Below, in pieces: positions 1-13,384 of a DNA stretch of 64,000 bases (position 1 is the stretch's first letter; each line of letters begins with the position of its first letter). The stretch is from Mobula hypostoma. Its lineage: Eukaryota. The position numbers and the translations under genes are program-made. Under the pieces are notes generated by a model. It was not told where the DNA came from, ran no database searches, and saw nothing but the letters and a program-made list of their open reading frames with translations. The stretch is from positions 87,360,001-87,424,000 of the forward strand of contig NC_086108.1 of the NCBI RefSeq assembly GCF_963921235.1. The letters run 5' to 3'.

Positions 1-2682
1 ATAGAAAGGAAGGACATTAGCCGGGAGGATGTGGAATCAGTATGGGTAGAGCTGCATAACACTAAGGGGCAGAAAACGCTGGTGGGAGTTATGTACAGGC
101 CACCTAGCAGTAGTAGTGAGGTTGGGGATGGCATTAAACGGGAAATTAGAAATGCGTGCAATAAAGGGACAGCAGTTATAATGGGTGACTTCAATCTACA
201 TATAGATTGGGTGAACCAAATTGGTAAGGGTGCTGAGGAAGAGGATTTCTTGGAATGTATGCAGGATGGTTTTCTGAACCAACGTGTCGAGGAACCAGCT
301 AGAGAGCAGGCTATTCTAGACTGGGTATTGAACAATGAGGAAGGGTTAATTAGCAATCTTGTCGTGAGAGGCCTCTTGGGTAAGAGTGACCATAATATGG
401 TGGAATTCTTCATTAAGGTGGAGAGTGACATAGTTAATTCAGAAACAAAGGTTCTGAACTTAAAGAAGGGTAACTTTGAAGGTATGAGACGTTAATTAGC
501 TAAGATAGACTGGCAAATAATACTTAAAAGGTTGACGGTGGATATGCAATGGCAAGCATTTAAAGATCGCATGGATGAACTACAACAATTGTTCATCCCA
601 GTTTGGCAAAAGAATAAACCAGGGAAGGTAGTGCACCCATGGCTGACAAGGGAAATTAGGGATAGTATCAATTCCAAAGAAGAAGCATACAAATTAGCCA
701 GAAAAAGCGGCTCACCTGAGGACTGGGAGAAATTCAGGGTCCAGCAGAGGAGGACAAAGGGCTTAATTAGGAAAGGGAAAAAAAGATTATGAGAGAAAAC
801 AGGCAGGGAACATAAAAACTGACTGTAAAAGTTTTTATAGATATGTGAAAAGAAAAAGATTGGTTAAGACAAATGTAGGTCCCTTACAGTCAGAAATAGG
901 TGAATTGATCATGGGGGACAAGGACATGGCAGACCAATTGAATAACTACTTTGGTTCTGTCTTCACTAAGGAGGACATAAATAATCTTCCGGAAATAGTA
1001 GGGGACAAAGAGTCTAGTGAGATGGAGGAACTGAGGGAAATACATGTTAGTAGGGAAGTGGTGTTAGGTAAATTGAAGGGATTAAAGGCAGATAAATCCC
1101 CAGGGCCAGATGGTCTGCATCCCAGAGTGCTTAAGGAAGTAGCCCAAGAAATAGTGGATGCATTAGTGATAATTTTTCAAAACTCTTCAGATTCTGGACT
1201 AGTTCCTGAGGATTGGAGGGTGGCTAATGTAACCCCACTTTTTAAAAAAGGAGAGAGAGAGAAACCGGGGAATTATAGACCGGTTAGCCTAACGTCGGTG
1301 GTGGGGAAACTGCTGGAGTCAGTTATCAAAGATGTGATGACAGCACATTTGGAAAGCGGTGAAATCGTCGGACAAAGTCAGCATGGATTTGTGAAAGGAA
1401 AATCATGTCTGACAAATCTAATAGAATTTTTTGAGGATGTAACTAGTAGAGTGGATAGGGGAGAACCAGTGGATGTGGTATGTTTGGATTTTCAAAAGGC
1501 TTTTGACAAGGTCCCACACAGGAGATTAGTGTGCAAACTTAAAGCACATGGTATTGGGGGTATGGTATTGATGCGGATAGATAACTGGTTGGCAGACGGG
1601 AAGCAAAGAGTGGGAATAAACGGGACCTTTTCAGAATGGCAGGCGGTGACTAGTGGGGTACCGCAAGGCTCAGTGCTGGGACCCCAGTTGTTTACAATAT
1701 ATATTAATGACTTAGATGAGGGAATTAAATGCAGCATCTCCAAGTTTGCAGATGACACGAAACTGGGCGGCAGTGTTAGCTGTGAGGAGGATGCTAGGAG
1801 GATGCAGGGTGACTTGGATAGGTTAGGTGAGTGGGCAAATTCATGGCAGATGCAATTTAATGTGGATAAATGTGAGGTTATCCACTTTGGTGGCAAAAAC
1901 AGGAAAACAGTTTATTATCTGAATGGTGGCCGATTAGGAAAAGGGGAGGTGCAACAAGACCTGGGTGTCATTATACACCAGTCATTGAAAGTGGGCATGC
2001 AGGTACAGCAGGCGGTGAAAAAGGCGAATGGTATGCTGGCATTCATAGCAGGAGGATTCAAATACAGAAGCAGGGAGGTACTACTGCAGTTGTACAAGGC
2101 CTTGGTGAGAGCACACCTGGAGTATTGTGTGCAGTTTTGGTCCCCTAATCTGAAGAAAGACATTCTTGCCATAGAGGAAGTACAAAGAAGATTCACCAGA
2201 TTGATTCCTGGATGGCAGGACTTTCATATGATGAAAGACTGGATCGACTAGGCTTATACTCTCTGGAATTTAGAAGATTGAGGGGGGGATCTTATTGAAA
2301 CGTAAAAAATCGTAAAGGAATTGGACAGGCTAGATGCAGGAAGATTGTTCCCGATATTGGGGAAGTCCAGAACGAGGGATCACATTTTGAGGACAAAGAG
2401 GAAGCCTTTTAGGACTGAGATGAGGAAAAACTTCTTCACACAGAGAGTGGTGAATCTGTGGAATTCCCTGCCACAAGAAACAGTTGAGGCCAGTTCATTG
2501 GCTATATTTAAGAGGGAGTTAGATATGGCCCTTGTGGCTAAAGGGATCAGGGGGTATGGAGGGAAGGCTGGGGCGGGGTTCTGAGTTGGATGATCAGCCA
2601 TGATCATACTGAATGGCGGCGCAGGCTCAATGGGCCGAATGGCCTACTCCTGCACCTATTTTCTATGTTTCTATGTTTCTAT
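1..2682 (+). mobile_element. CR1 LINE, ORF2 (APE endonuclease + RT) with several stops/frameshifts, intact 3' end; runs off the window start
   Basis: ORFs 31-495, 532-792, 845-2251, 2321-2584 carry [33 protein letters not shown]; (TTTCTATG)n tail at ~2660-2682. Confidence 0.95.
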
Positions 2683-2816
2683 CACCTATGTCATGATGTA
2701 GCACATAACAAACGAACCCTCTAATGCCTTAGAATTGATGCAGCATCCAAGGAATGTTGAAAATGATCACTAGCAATTCACTGTTTCTGCAGAAATTTCT
2801 CTAAGTACTCTGGAAT

Positions 2817-5334
2817 AAACATAGAAACATAGAAACATAGAAAATAGGTGCAGGAGTAGGCCATTCGGCCCTTCGAGCCTGCACCGCCATTTATTATGAT
2901 CATGGCTGATCATCCAACTCAGAACCCAGCCTTCCCTCCATACCCCCTGACCCCCGTAGCCACAAGGGCCATATCTAACTCCCTCTTAAACATAGCCAAT
3001 GAACTGGCCTCAACAGTTTGCTGTGGCAGAGAATTCCACAGATTCACCACTCTCTGTGTGAAGAAGTTTTTCCTAATTTCGGTCCTAAAAGGCTTCCCCT
3101 CTATCCTCAAACTGTGACCCCTCGTTCTGGACCTCCCCAACATCGGGAACAATCTTCCCGCATCTAGCCTGTCCAATCCCTTTAGGATCTTATACGTTTC
3201 AATCAGATCCCCCCTCAATCTTCTAAATTCCAACGAGTACAAGCCCAGTTCATCCAGTCTTTCTTCATATGAAAGACCTGCCATCCCAGGAATCAATCTG
3301 GTGAACCTTCTTTGTACTCCCTCTATGGCAAAGATGTCTTTCCTCAGATTAGGGGACCAAAACTGCACACAATACTCCAGGTGTGATCTCACCAAGGCCT
3401 TGTACAACTGCAGTAGTACCTCCCTGCTCCTGTACTCGAATCCTCTCGCTATAAATGCCAGCATACCATTCGCCTTTTTCACCGCCTGCTGTACCTGCAT
3501 GCCCACTTTCAATGACTGGTGTATAATGACACCCAGGTCTCGTTGCACCTCCCCTTTTCCTAATCGGCCATCATTCAGATAATAATCTGTTTTCCTATTT
3601 TTGCCACCAAAGTGGATAACTTCACATTTATTCACATTAAATTGCATCTGCCATGAGTTTGCCCACTCACCCAACCTATCCAAGTCACCCTGCATCCTCT
3701 TAGCATCCTCCTCACTGCTAACACTGCCACCCAGCTTCGTGTCATCCGCAAACTTGGAGATGCTGCATTTAATTCCCTCATCCAAGTCATTAATATATAT
3801 TGTAAACAACTGGGGTCCCAGCACTGAGCCTTGCGGTACCCCACTAGTCACCGCCTGCCATTCTGAAAAGGTTCCGTTTATTCCCACTCTTTGCTTCCTG
3901 TCTGCTAACCAATTCTCCACCCACACCAATACCTTACCCCCAATACCGTGTGCTTTAAGTTTGCACACCAATCTCCTGTGTGGGACCTTGTCAAAAGCCT
4001 TTTGAAAATCCAAATATACCACATCCACTGGTTCTCCCCTATCCACTCTACTAGTTACATCCTCAAAAAATTCTATGAGATTCGTCAGACATGATTTTCC
4101 TTTCACAAATCCATGCTGACTTTGTCCGATCATTTCACCGCTTTCCAAATGTGCTGTTATCACATCCTTGATAACTGACTCCAGCAGTTTCCCCACCACC
4201 GACGTTAGGCTAACTGGCCTATAATTCCCCGGTTTCTCTCTCCCTCCTTTTTTAAAAAGTGGGGTTACATTAGCCACCCTCCAATCCTCAGGAACTAGTC
4301 CAGAATCTAACGAGTTTTGAAAAATTATCACTAATGCATCCACTATTTCTTGGGCTACTTCCTTAAGCACTCTGGGATGCAGACCATCTGGCCCTGGGGA
4401 TTTATCTGCCTTCAATCCCTTCAATTTACCTAACACCACTTCCCTACTAACATGTATTTCACTCAGTTCCTCCATCTCACTGGACCCTCTGTCCCTTACT
4501 ATTTCTGGAAGATTATTTATGTCCTCCTTAGTGAAGACAGAACCAAAGTAATTATTCAATTGGTCTGCCATGTCCTTGCTCCCCATAATCAATTCACCTG
4601 TTTCTGTCTGCAGGGGACCTACATTTGTCTTTATCAGTCTTTTCCTTTTTACATATCTATAAAAGCTTTTACAGTCCGTTTTTATGTTCTCTGCCAGTTT
4701 TCTCTCATAATCTTTTTTCCCCTTCCTAATTAAGCCCTTTGTCCTCCTCTGCTGAACTCTGAATTTCTCCCAGTCCTCAGGTGAGCCACTTTCTCTCGCT
4801 AATTTGTATGCTACTTCTTTGGAATTGATACTATCCCTAATTTTTCTTGTCAGCCATGGGTGCACTACCTTCCTTGATTTATTCTTTTGCCAAACTGGGA
4901 TGAACAATTGTTGTAGTTCATCCATGCAACCTTTAAATGCTTGCCATTGCATATCCACCGTCAATCCTTTAAGTGTCATTTGCCAGTCTATCTTAGCTAA
5001 TTCACGTCTCATACCTTCAAAGTTACCCCTCTTTAAGTTCAGAACCTTTGTTTCTGAATTAACTATGTCACTCTCCATGTTAATGAAGAATTCCACCATA
5101 TTATGGTCACTCTTACCCAAGGGGCCTCTCACGACAAGATCGCTAATTAACCCTTCCTCATTGCTCAAAACCCAGTCCAGAATAGCCTGCTCTCTAGTCA
5201 GTTCCTCGACATGTTGGTTCAAAAAACCATCCCGCATACATTCCAAGAAATCATCTTCCTCAGCACCTTTACCAATTTGGTTCACCCAGTCTACATGTAG
5301 ATTGAAGTCACCCATTATAACTGCTGTTCCTTTA
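2817..5334 (-). mobile_element. Young 5'-truncated CR1 LINE, same subfamily as 1-2682
   Basis: (CATAGAAA)n on + strand at 2817-2845; uninterrupted ORF2; similarity to copy 1 ends at 5334. Confidence 0.95.
2919..5334 (-). CDS. CR1 ORF2 (C-terminal part of APE + complete RT), ~800 codons open, N-terminally truncated
   Basis: 807-aa ORF with [31 protein letters not shown]; the first residues (MIF) come from flanking DNA. Confidence 0.85.
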
Positions 5335-5545
5335 AAGATCATTGGACCCCCAAGGATTTATTAGCCTTCTGTCCCATTAAAATTCCTAATATCCTTAGTA
5401 TAGTATATGCTGATTTCCTCAATTCCTCCCTTTCATGAGGCCCAAGGTTCCCTGACATTTCTGGAAGATCATGTCCTCAAATGTGAAGACAGACCGAAAT
5501 AGTTGTTCAATTGTTTGTTTTGTTTTCTTTGTCCCCGGTACAATT
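5335..5545 (-). mobile_element. Old CR1 fragment that continues at ~2735-2816, split by the young CR1
   Basis: ...AAGTACTCTGGAATAAA (2803-2819) joins AGATCATTGGACCCCCAAGGATTTATT, the degenerate reverse complement of the [16 protein letters not shown] region. Confidence 0.65.
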
Positions 5546-5721
5546 TTTCTGTTTTTGAGTACACTCATATTCACCATGGGCACTGGAAGTGTTCCTGATT
5601 CCCACAAAACAACACTTCATAGCTCTGTACTGTTGTACAGAGCTTTGTTTTTGATTTAATTTTTTACTCATATTTTGCAGTCAACATTCCTGCACACAAT
5701 CAAGTGACCTTCTCTGTAGCT

Positions 5722-6600
5722 TAAAGGGACAAAAAATGGGTGGATGAACTTAATAAGTATTTTGTAACAGCCTTCACTATTGAAGACACTAGCAATTTGC
5801 CAGGAATTTGAGTGTCAGGGGCAGAAGTGAGTGTAGTTGCTATTACAAAGGAGAAGGTATTTGGGAAGCTGAAAGGTCTGAAGATAGCTAAGTTATCTGG
5901 GCCAGATGGACTACACCCTAGAGTTCTGAAAGAGGTAGCTGAAAAGATTGTGGAGGCATTAGTAATAATCTTTCAAGAATCACTAGGTTCTGAAATAGTT
6001 CCAGAGGACAGGTAAATTGCAAATGTCACTCCACTCTGTAAGAAGGGAGGGAGGTAGAAGAAAGGAAATTATAGTCTGGGTAGCTTGACTTCAGTGTTTG
6101 GGAAGATGTTGGCACCTATTATTAAGAATGAGGTGTCGGGATACTTGGAGATACATGATAAGATCAGCCAAATTCAGAATGGTTTCTTAAAGGGAAATCT
6201 TGCCTGACAACCCTGTTCCAATTCTTTAAAGAAATAGCAGGCAAGATAGACAAAGGGGGAATCCCATTTAAACCTGTTGAATATTGAAAGGCCTGTATAG
6301 AGTGGATGTAAAGAGGATGTTTCCTATAGTGAGGGAGATGAGGACCTGCAGCACAGCTTCAGATAGAGGGTCATCCGTTTAGAACAGGTATGAAGAGAAA
6401 TTTCTTTAGCAAGTGGGTAGTGAATCTGTGGAATTCATTGCCACAGACGACTGCGGAGGTCAGGTCGTTGAATATATTTAAGGCAGAGTTTTATTAGTTC
6501 TTGATTAGCCAGGACATCAAAGGATATGAGGAGAAGGCAGGAGAATGGGGTCAAGGGGCTTAATAAATCAGTCATGATGGAATGACAGAGCAAACTCGAT
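5722..6600 (+). mobile_element. Degenerate CR1 ORF2 fragment with internal deletion and 3' end
   Basis: ORF 5812-6015 GPDGLHPRVLKEVAEKIVEAL; jumps near 6260 to the 3'-terminal CR1 region. Confidence 0.8.
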
Positions 6601-7119
6601 GTCTTAGAAAATACTCACTTGCTCCTCTTACTAATATGTTGTCTCCCTCACCACATGATGCTCTCTGAATCATAACATAAGCTCCAAATTCACTGCTCTC
6701 TGAAGTGAGTATGGTCCCTCGCGGGTCCTCCCCCTGCCCCATCCATTTCCCAGTACTACCTGCACTGACAGATGGAGAACTTAAATTTAATTAATTGAAA
6801 AGATATTATTAGTAATGGTGACTGTGGGATGTGGGTACACCCAAGGAAAGCTAACTGTATAGTGAGCACATGATGCACCACAAGCTTAAACCAAGGGTTC
6901 TTTACCTCACTGAAACTTTAATGCAGCCTTTCAGGAAAGACGTCATATCATTGCTATCTGATCTGTCTACCTGGAGTTCTTATTTATCTGCCACTGCAAT
7001 GGATAATTAGTGATAAGCAGTAAACTGGGTTCTGCAACAAAGTCTACCACCAATCAATGAAGGGAAAAAAATGTGGCAATCAACCCCAAGGAAATCACAA
7101 AGGTGATCCTCACATCACT

Positions 7120-7680
7120 TAGTCATAGAACTCTGCAGCACAGAATAAAGCCCTTTGGCCCATCTAGTCTATGCCAAACTATTTATCTGCCTAGTCCAAC
7201 TTGCACCCAGACCATAACCCTCCATTAACACGCACCTATCCAAATTTCTCCACACATCCACACTTCTGCTGGCAGATCATTCCACACTCTCAATAATCTC
7301 TGAGTGAAGAAATTTCCCTTCATGTTCCCCTTAAACTTTTATCGTTAACCTATGACGCTCGTACTAGTACTTCCAAATATTAGTGGAACATGCCTGCCTG
7401 CTTTTACCCTACTATACCCCTCATAATTTTGTATATCTTTATCAAATCTCCCCTCACTCTTCTGTGCTGTCAGGAATAAAGTCTTAGCCTATTCAAATTT
7501 TGCCTATACTCAGGTCCTCAAGTCCTGGCAATATACTTGTAAATTTTCTTGGGTCTCTTTCAGATTTATTGATATCTTTCCTGTAGTAGGTGACCAGAAA
7601 TGGGGATATTAATCCAAATTAGGCCACTCCAATACCTTATATAACTTCAACATAACATCCCAACTTCAACATAAGATCCC
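7120..7680 (-). mobile_element. Old CR1 3' fragment, resumes at ~11575-11660
   Basis: Reverse complement of CR1 3' region; CAACATAACATCCCAA continues as CTCCTGTACTCAAT after the Rex1 tail. Confidence 0.7.
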
Positions 7681-8076
7681 AAAGATCTAGGTCTGAATAA
7701 GAAAGCCAGGTATGACTTGCTGAGGGACAACAGACCATTTCAGGAGGATTGGAGGCGACATTGGATGCATATCAACTCTGGCAGGGTTTGCATGCCATTA
7801 CTTCCTCAAAGCAAAACCAATCATCGTGAATGGTACCAATGCTTCATTACCAGATGAGTTTAATACCTTTTATGCTCACTTTGAAAGGGAGAATAAAATC
7901 ACAGCTATGAGGATCCCTGCTGCATCCGATGACCCTGAGATCTCTGTCTTGGAAGCCCATGTCAGACTGTCTTTCAAGGGGATGAACCCTCGCAAGGCAG
8001 CAGGGCCCGATGGAGTACCTGGTAAAGCTCTGAAAACCTGTGCCAATTAACTGGCGGGAGTATTGAAAAACATTTT

Positions 8077-9367
8077 AGTCATAGTCATACTTTATTGATC
8101 CCGGGGGAAATTGGTTTTCGTTACAGTTGCACCATAAGTAATGAATAGTAATAAAACCATAAATAGTTAAATAGTAATATGTAAATTATGCCAGGAAATA
8201 AGTCCAGGACCAGCCTATTGGCTCAGGGTGTCTGACCCTCCAAGGGAGGAGTTGTAAAGTTTGATGGCCACAGGCAGGAATGACTTCCTATGACGCTCTG
8301 TGGTGCATTTCGGTGGAATGAGTCTCTGGCTGAATGTACTCCTGTGCCCAACCAGTACATTATGTAGTGGATGGGAGACATTGTCCGAGATGGCATGCAA
8401 CTTGGACAGCATCTTCTTTTCACACACCACCATCAGAGAGTCCAGTTCCATCTCCACAACATCACTGGCCTTATGAATGAGTTTGCTGATTCTGTTGGTG
8501 TCTGCTACCCTCAGCCTGCTGCCCCAGCACACAACAGCAAACATGATAGCACTGGCCACCACAGACTCGTAGAACATCCTCAGCATCGTCCGACAGATGT
8601 TAAAGGACCTCAGTCTCCTCAGGAAATAGAGACGGCTCTGACCCTTCTTGTAGACAGCCTCAGTGTTCTTTGACCAGTCCAGTTTATTGTCGATTCGTAT
8701 CCCCAGGTATTTGTAATCCTCCACCATGTCCACACCGACCCCCTGGATGGAAGCAGGGGTCACCGGTACCTTAGCTCTCCTCAGGTCTACCACCAGCTCC
8801 TTAGTCTTTTTCACATTAAGCTGCAGATAATTCTGCTCACACCATGTGACAAAGTTTCCTATCGTAGCCCTGTACTCAGCCTCATCTCCCTTGCTGATGC
8901 ATCCAACTATGGCAGAGTCATCCGAAAACTTCTGAAGATGACAAGACTCTGTGCAGTAGTTGAAGTCCGAGGTGTAAATGGTGAAGAGAAAGGGAGACAA
9001 GACAGTCCCCTGTGGAGCCCCAGTGCTGCTGATCACTCTGTCGGACACACAGTGTTGCAAGCACACGTACTGTGGTCTGCCAGTCAGGTAATCAAGAATC
9101 CATGACACCAGGAAAGCATCCACCTGCATCGCTGTCAGCTTCTCCCCCAGCAGAGCAGGGTGGATGGTGTTGAACGCACTGGAGAAGTCAAAAAACATGA
9201 CCCTCACAGTGCTCACTGGCTTGTCCAGGTGGGCATGAACACGGTTCAGCAGGTAGACGATGGCATCCACAACTCCTAGTCGGGGCTGGTAGGTGAACTG
9301 GAGGGGATCTAAGTATGGCCTGACCATAGGCCGGAGCAGCTTCAGAACAAGTCTCTCACAAGTCACT
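8077..9367 (-). mobile_element. Young 5'-truncated Rex1/Babar LINE with open 383-aa RT C-terminus
   Basis: DFSSAFNTI, GAPQGTVLSP, KFSDD; AATAAA plus (ATGACT)n tail; CATTTT duplicated at 8071-8076 and 9368-9373. Confidence 0.92.
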
Positions 9368-10401
9368 CATTTTCAATCTCTCACTGCTACAATCAAAAGT
9401 TCCTACCTGCTTCTAAAGGGCAAGAATTACATCAGTGCCCAAGAAGGGCAGGGTGAGCTGCCTTAACAACTATCCTCCAGTAGCACTCACATCTATGGTG
9501 ATGAAGTGCTTTGAGAGGTTGGTCATGGTTAGAATCAACACCTGTCTCAGGAAAGATCTACCCACTGTAATTTGCCTATCACCGTGATAGGTCTACAGCA
9601 GATGGGATCTCAGTGGTTCACACAGTCTTGGATCACCTGGACAATGCAAACATCAGGATGTTGTTTCCTGACATTTAATAATATCATTCTTAAAGTACTG
9701 ATTGAAAAGTTGCAGAACCTAGGCCTCTGTACCTCTCTCTGCAACTGGAACCTCGACTTCCAAACCAGAAGACCACCATCTGTGTGAGTTGGAAATAACA
9801 TCTCACCTCACTGACAATTAACACTGGCGCTCCACAGGGATGTGTGCTTAGCCCACTGCTCCATTCTCTCTACGCCCACGGCTGTGTGACTAGGCATAAC
9901 TCAAACAGTCTCTATAAATTTGCTGAAGATACAACCATTGTTGGCAGAATTTCAGATCATGACAAAAGAGCACACAGGGGTGAGATATATCAATTAGTTG
10001 ACTGGTATCGCAGCAACAACCTTGCACACCACGTCAGCAAGACCAAAGAGCCAATTGTGGACTTCAGGAAGGGTAAGATCAGGGAAAACAAATCAATCCT
10101 CATAGAGGGATCAGAAGTGGAGAGAGTGAGCAATTTCAAGTTCCTAGGTGACAACATTTCTGAGGACCTAACCTGGATGCGACATACTGATACAGCTATA
10201 AAGAAGGCAAGACCGCAGCTATATTTCATTAGGAGTCTCAGAAGATTTAGTTTGTCAACTAGAACACTTGGAAACTTCTACAAATGCACTGTGGAGAGCA
10301 TTCTGACTGGCTGAATCACAGTCTGGTATTGGGGGCGGGGGCTACTACACAAAATCAAAATAAGTTGCAGAAACTTGTAAAATTAGTCAGCTCCATCATG
10401 G

Positions 10402-11159
10402 AACATTATGGTATATAGCATTAATGGTAAGACTCTTGGCAGTGTGGAGGATCAGAGGGATCTTGGGGTCCAAGTCCATAGGACACTCAAAGCTGCTATG
10501 CAGGTTGACTCTGTGGTTAAGAAGGCATACGGTGCATTGGCCTTTATCAATCGTGGGACTGAGTTTAAGAGCCGAGAGGTAATGTTGCAGCTATATAGGA
10601 CCCTGGTCAGACCCCACTTGGAGTATTGTGCTCAGTTCTGGTTGCCTCACTACAGGAAGGGCGTGGAAACCATAGAAAGACTGTAGAAGAGATTTACAAG
10701 GATGTTGCCTGGATTGGGGAGCATGCCTTATGAGAATAGGTTGAGTGAACTTGGCTTTTCTCCTTGGAGCAACGGAGGATGAGAGGTGACTTGATAGAGG
10801 TGTACAAGATAATGAGAGGCATTGATCCTATGGATAGTCAGAGGCTTTTCTCCAGGGCTGAAATAGCTAGCATGAGAGGGCATAGTTTTAAGGTGCTTGG
10901 AAGTAGGTACAGAGGAGATGTCAGGGGTAAGTTTTGTATGCAGAGAGTGGTGAACATGTAGAATGGGCTACTGGCGACAGTGGTGGAGGCGGAAACGATA
11001 GGATCTTTTAAGAGACTCCTGGATGGCTACATGGAGCTTAGAAAAATAGAGGGCTATGGGTAAAGCCTAGGTAATTCTAAGGCAGGGACATGTTCAGCAC
11101 AGCTTTGTGGGCCGAAGGGCCTGTATTGTGCTGTAGGTTTTCTATGTTTCTATGTTTCT
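10402..11159 (+). mobile_element. CR1 3' fragment inserted in Rex1
   Basis: QRDLGV, LVRPHLEYCAQFW; (TTTCTATG)n tail; ATGG at 10398-10401 and 11160-11163. Confidence 0.9.
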
Positions 11160-12000
11160 ATGGGTACCAGCCTCCATAGTATCCAAGACATCTTCAAGGA
11201 GCAGTGCCTTAGGAAGAAGGTATCTATCATTAAAGATCCACAACACCCAGAACATGTCCTCTTCGACTGTTACTACCATGAAGGAGATACAGAAGGCTGG
11301 AGGCACACACTCAGTGATTCAGGAACAGCTTCTTCCCCTCTGCCATCCGATTTCTAAATGGACATTGAACTTGTGAACACTACCTCACTACTTTTTTATT
11401 TCTGCTACTTTGCACTACATACTTTAACTTCATTATTTAATAGACATATATATCCTTAATGTAACTCTGTTTTTTCTCTATATTTATTTATCATGAATTT
11501 CATTGTACTGCTGCCATAAAGTTAGCAAGTTTCACAACATATGCCAGTGATATTAAATTTGATTCTGATTCTGAACTCCTGTACTCAATACCTTGATTTA
11601 TAAAGGGCAATGTGCCAAAAGCTTTCTTTACGATCTCATCTACGCGTGATGCCACTCACAAGGTCTACACGCATAGCCTCAGTAGACAAACTCTCCAGTT
11701 TGTTCTGTCTGAGCACTGACATTTTCAATGACTAGTAACGCCATCTCTCCTGTTCTATCATGTCCAATACAATGGAACCCCGGAATATTGAGCTGCTAGT
11801 CTTGGCCCAAGTCTCACTATTGTCTAGTTTCATTCTGTAAGGTCGTAGCGTGGAAATTGCAGCAACGCAAGGATTAAGATCATTTATTTATTTACAATGT
11901 GGAGTAGCCCCTACCGGCCCTTCAAGCAGTGCTGCCAGATAATCAGTGATGACAATTAACTCCAATTGGGGGTTTTGATGACAAAAGATTTGAGGGTATT

Positions 12001-12855
12001 GATGACACAGAGATTGGGGGTGTTGTGGATAGTGTGGAGGGCTGTCAGCAGGACATCAATAGAATGCAAACCTGGGCTGAGAAGTGGCAGATGGAGTTCA
12101 ACCCAGGTAACTGTGAGGTGATTCATTTTGGTAGGTCAAATATAATGGCAGAATATAGTATTAATGGTAAGACTCTTGGCAGTGTGGAGGATCAGAGGGA
12201 TCTTGGAATCTGAGTCCACAGGACACTCAAAGCTGCTGCGCAGGTTGACTCTGTGGTTAAGAAGGCATTCCACACACCCACCACCCCCTGTGTGAAAAAC
12301 ATACCCCTGATATCCCCTCGGTACCTATTTCCAAGCACCTTAAAACTATGCCCCCTCATGTTAGCTATTTCAGCCCTGGGAAAAAGCCTCTGACTATCCA
12401 CACGATCAATGCCCCTCGTCATCTTATACATCTCTATCAGGTCACCTCTCATCCTCCGTCGCTCCAAGAAGAAAAAGCCAAGTGCACTCAACCTGTTCTC
12501 ATAAGGTACACCTTTCAGTCCAGGCAGCATCCTTGTAAATCTCCTCTGCACTCTCTCTACAGTATCCACATCCTTCCTGTAGTGAAGTGACCAGAACTGA
12601 GCACAGTACTCCAAATGGGGTCTGACCAAGGTCTTATATAGCTGTAACATTACCTCACGGCTCTTGAACTCAATCCCACGGTTTATGAATACCAACACAC
12701 TATTCACCTTCTTAGCCACACTGTCAACCTGTGCAGCAGCTTTGATTGTCCTATGGACACAAGATCTCTCAGATCCTCCACACGGCCCAGAGTCTTACCA
12801 TTAATATTATATTCTGTCTTCAAATTGGACCTACCAAAATGAACCACTTCACACT
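12001..12855. mobile_element. Two opposed, tail-less CR1 RT fragments (+ 12001-12268; - 12265-12855)
   Basis: ORFs 12025-12213 (+) and 12192-12719 (-); strand switch at GAAGGCATTCCA ~12265. Confidence 0.85.
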
Positions 12856-13384
12856 TTCCTTCTTATATGGTATCTTGCACTTCTTGTACTGCTTAAGTAC
12901 CTCATTTGTTCCTTCCTGTTTATTTGTTACCTGCTACACACCTCATATCAATTACGCAACTTCTATATAAAAATGGCATTTCTTTGTTCAAAGTTTTGAA
13001 CAATTTGGTGACAGGGACCATGCTATTATCCTTGTGCACAAGCAGGTAAAGTGTGATTGAAAAACTGGTGCAAGCCTACAGAATCCAGTTAATCAGTGAT
13101 GACAATTAACTCAAAAAAGCAGTTAGGGTTGATGCATTTCTGTGCTATTCACCCTGACGACATTAAGGATTTTCCTTTCCACATGTCTCACACATTACGC
13201 TCCTCAAGGCTGGAGGTGGGTAGGGCTGTCACTCTCTGGCTGCCATAAGTGATGGTCCCTAAGCTAGTGAGGCCTACTCCTCACTAGACCAACACCCGGA
13301 CAGAGTGTTGACCCACCTATTTCCCATGTCATCCATCCAAGCCTTCACACAGGACCACCTACCTATTTATTCTGTTCATCCAAT

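Larger units (their letters stand above)
7690..11573 (+). mobile_element. Degenerate Rex1/Babar-clade LINE hosting two later insertions
   Basis: LPDEFNTFYAHFE, KAAGPDGVPG (7826-8050), KFAEDTTIVG and KTKE..VDFRK (9844-10314); (ATTCTG)n tail at ~11560-11573. Confidence 0.85.

Noticed and set aside
1492..5364. Recurrent antisense ORFs (MPPKWITSHL..., MNLLCT..., MYATSLEL...) as a hidden gene family
   Set aside because: They are shadows of CR1 ORF2 codon usage and recur only because the LINE copies recur
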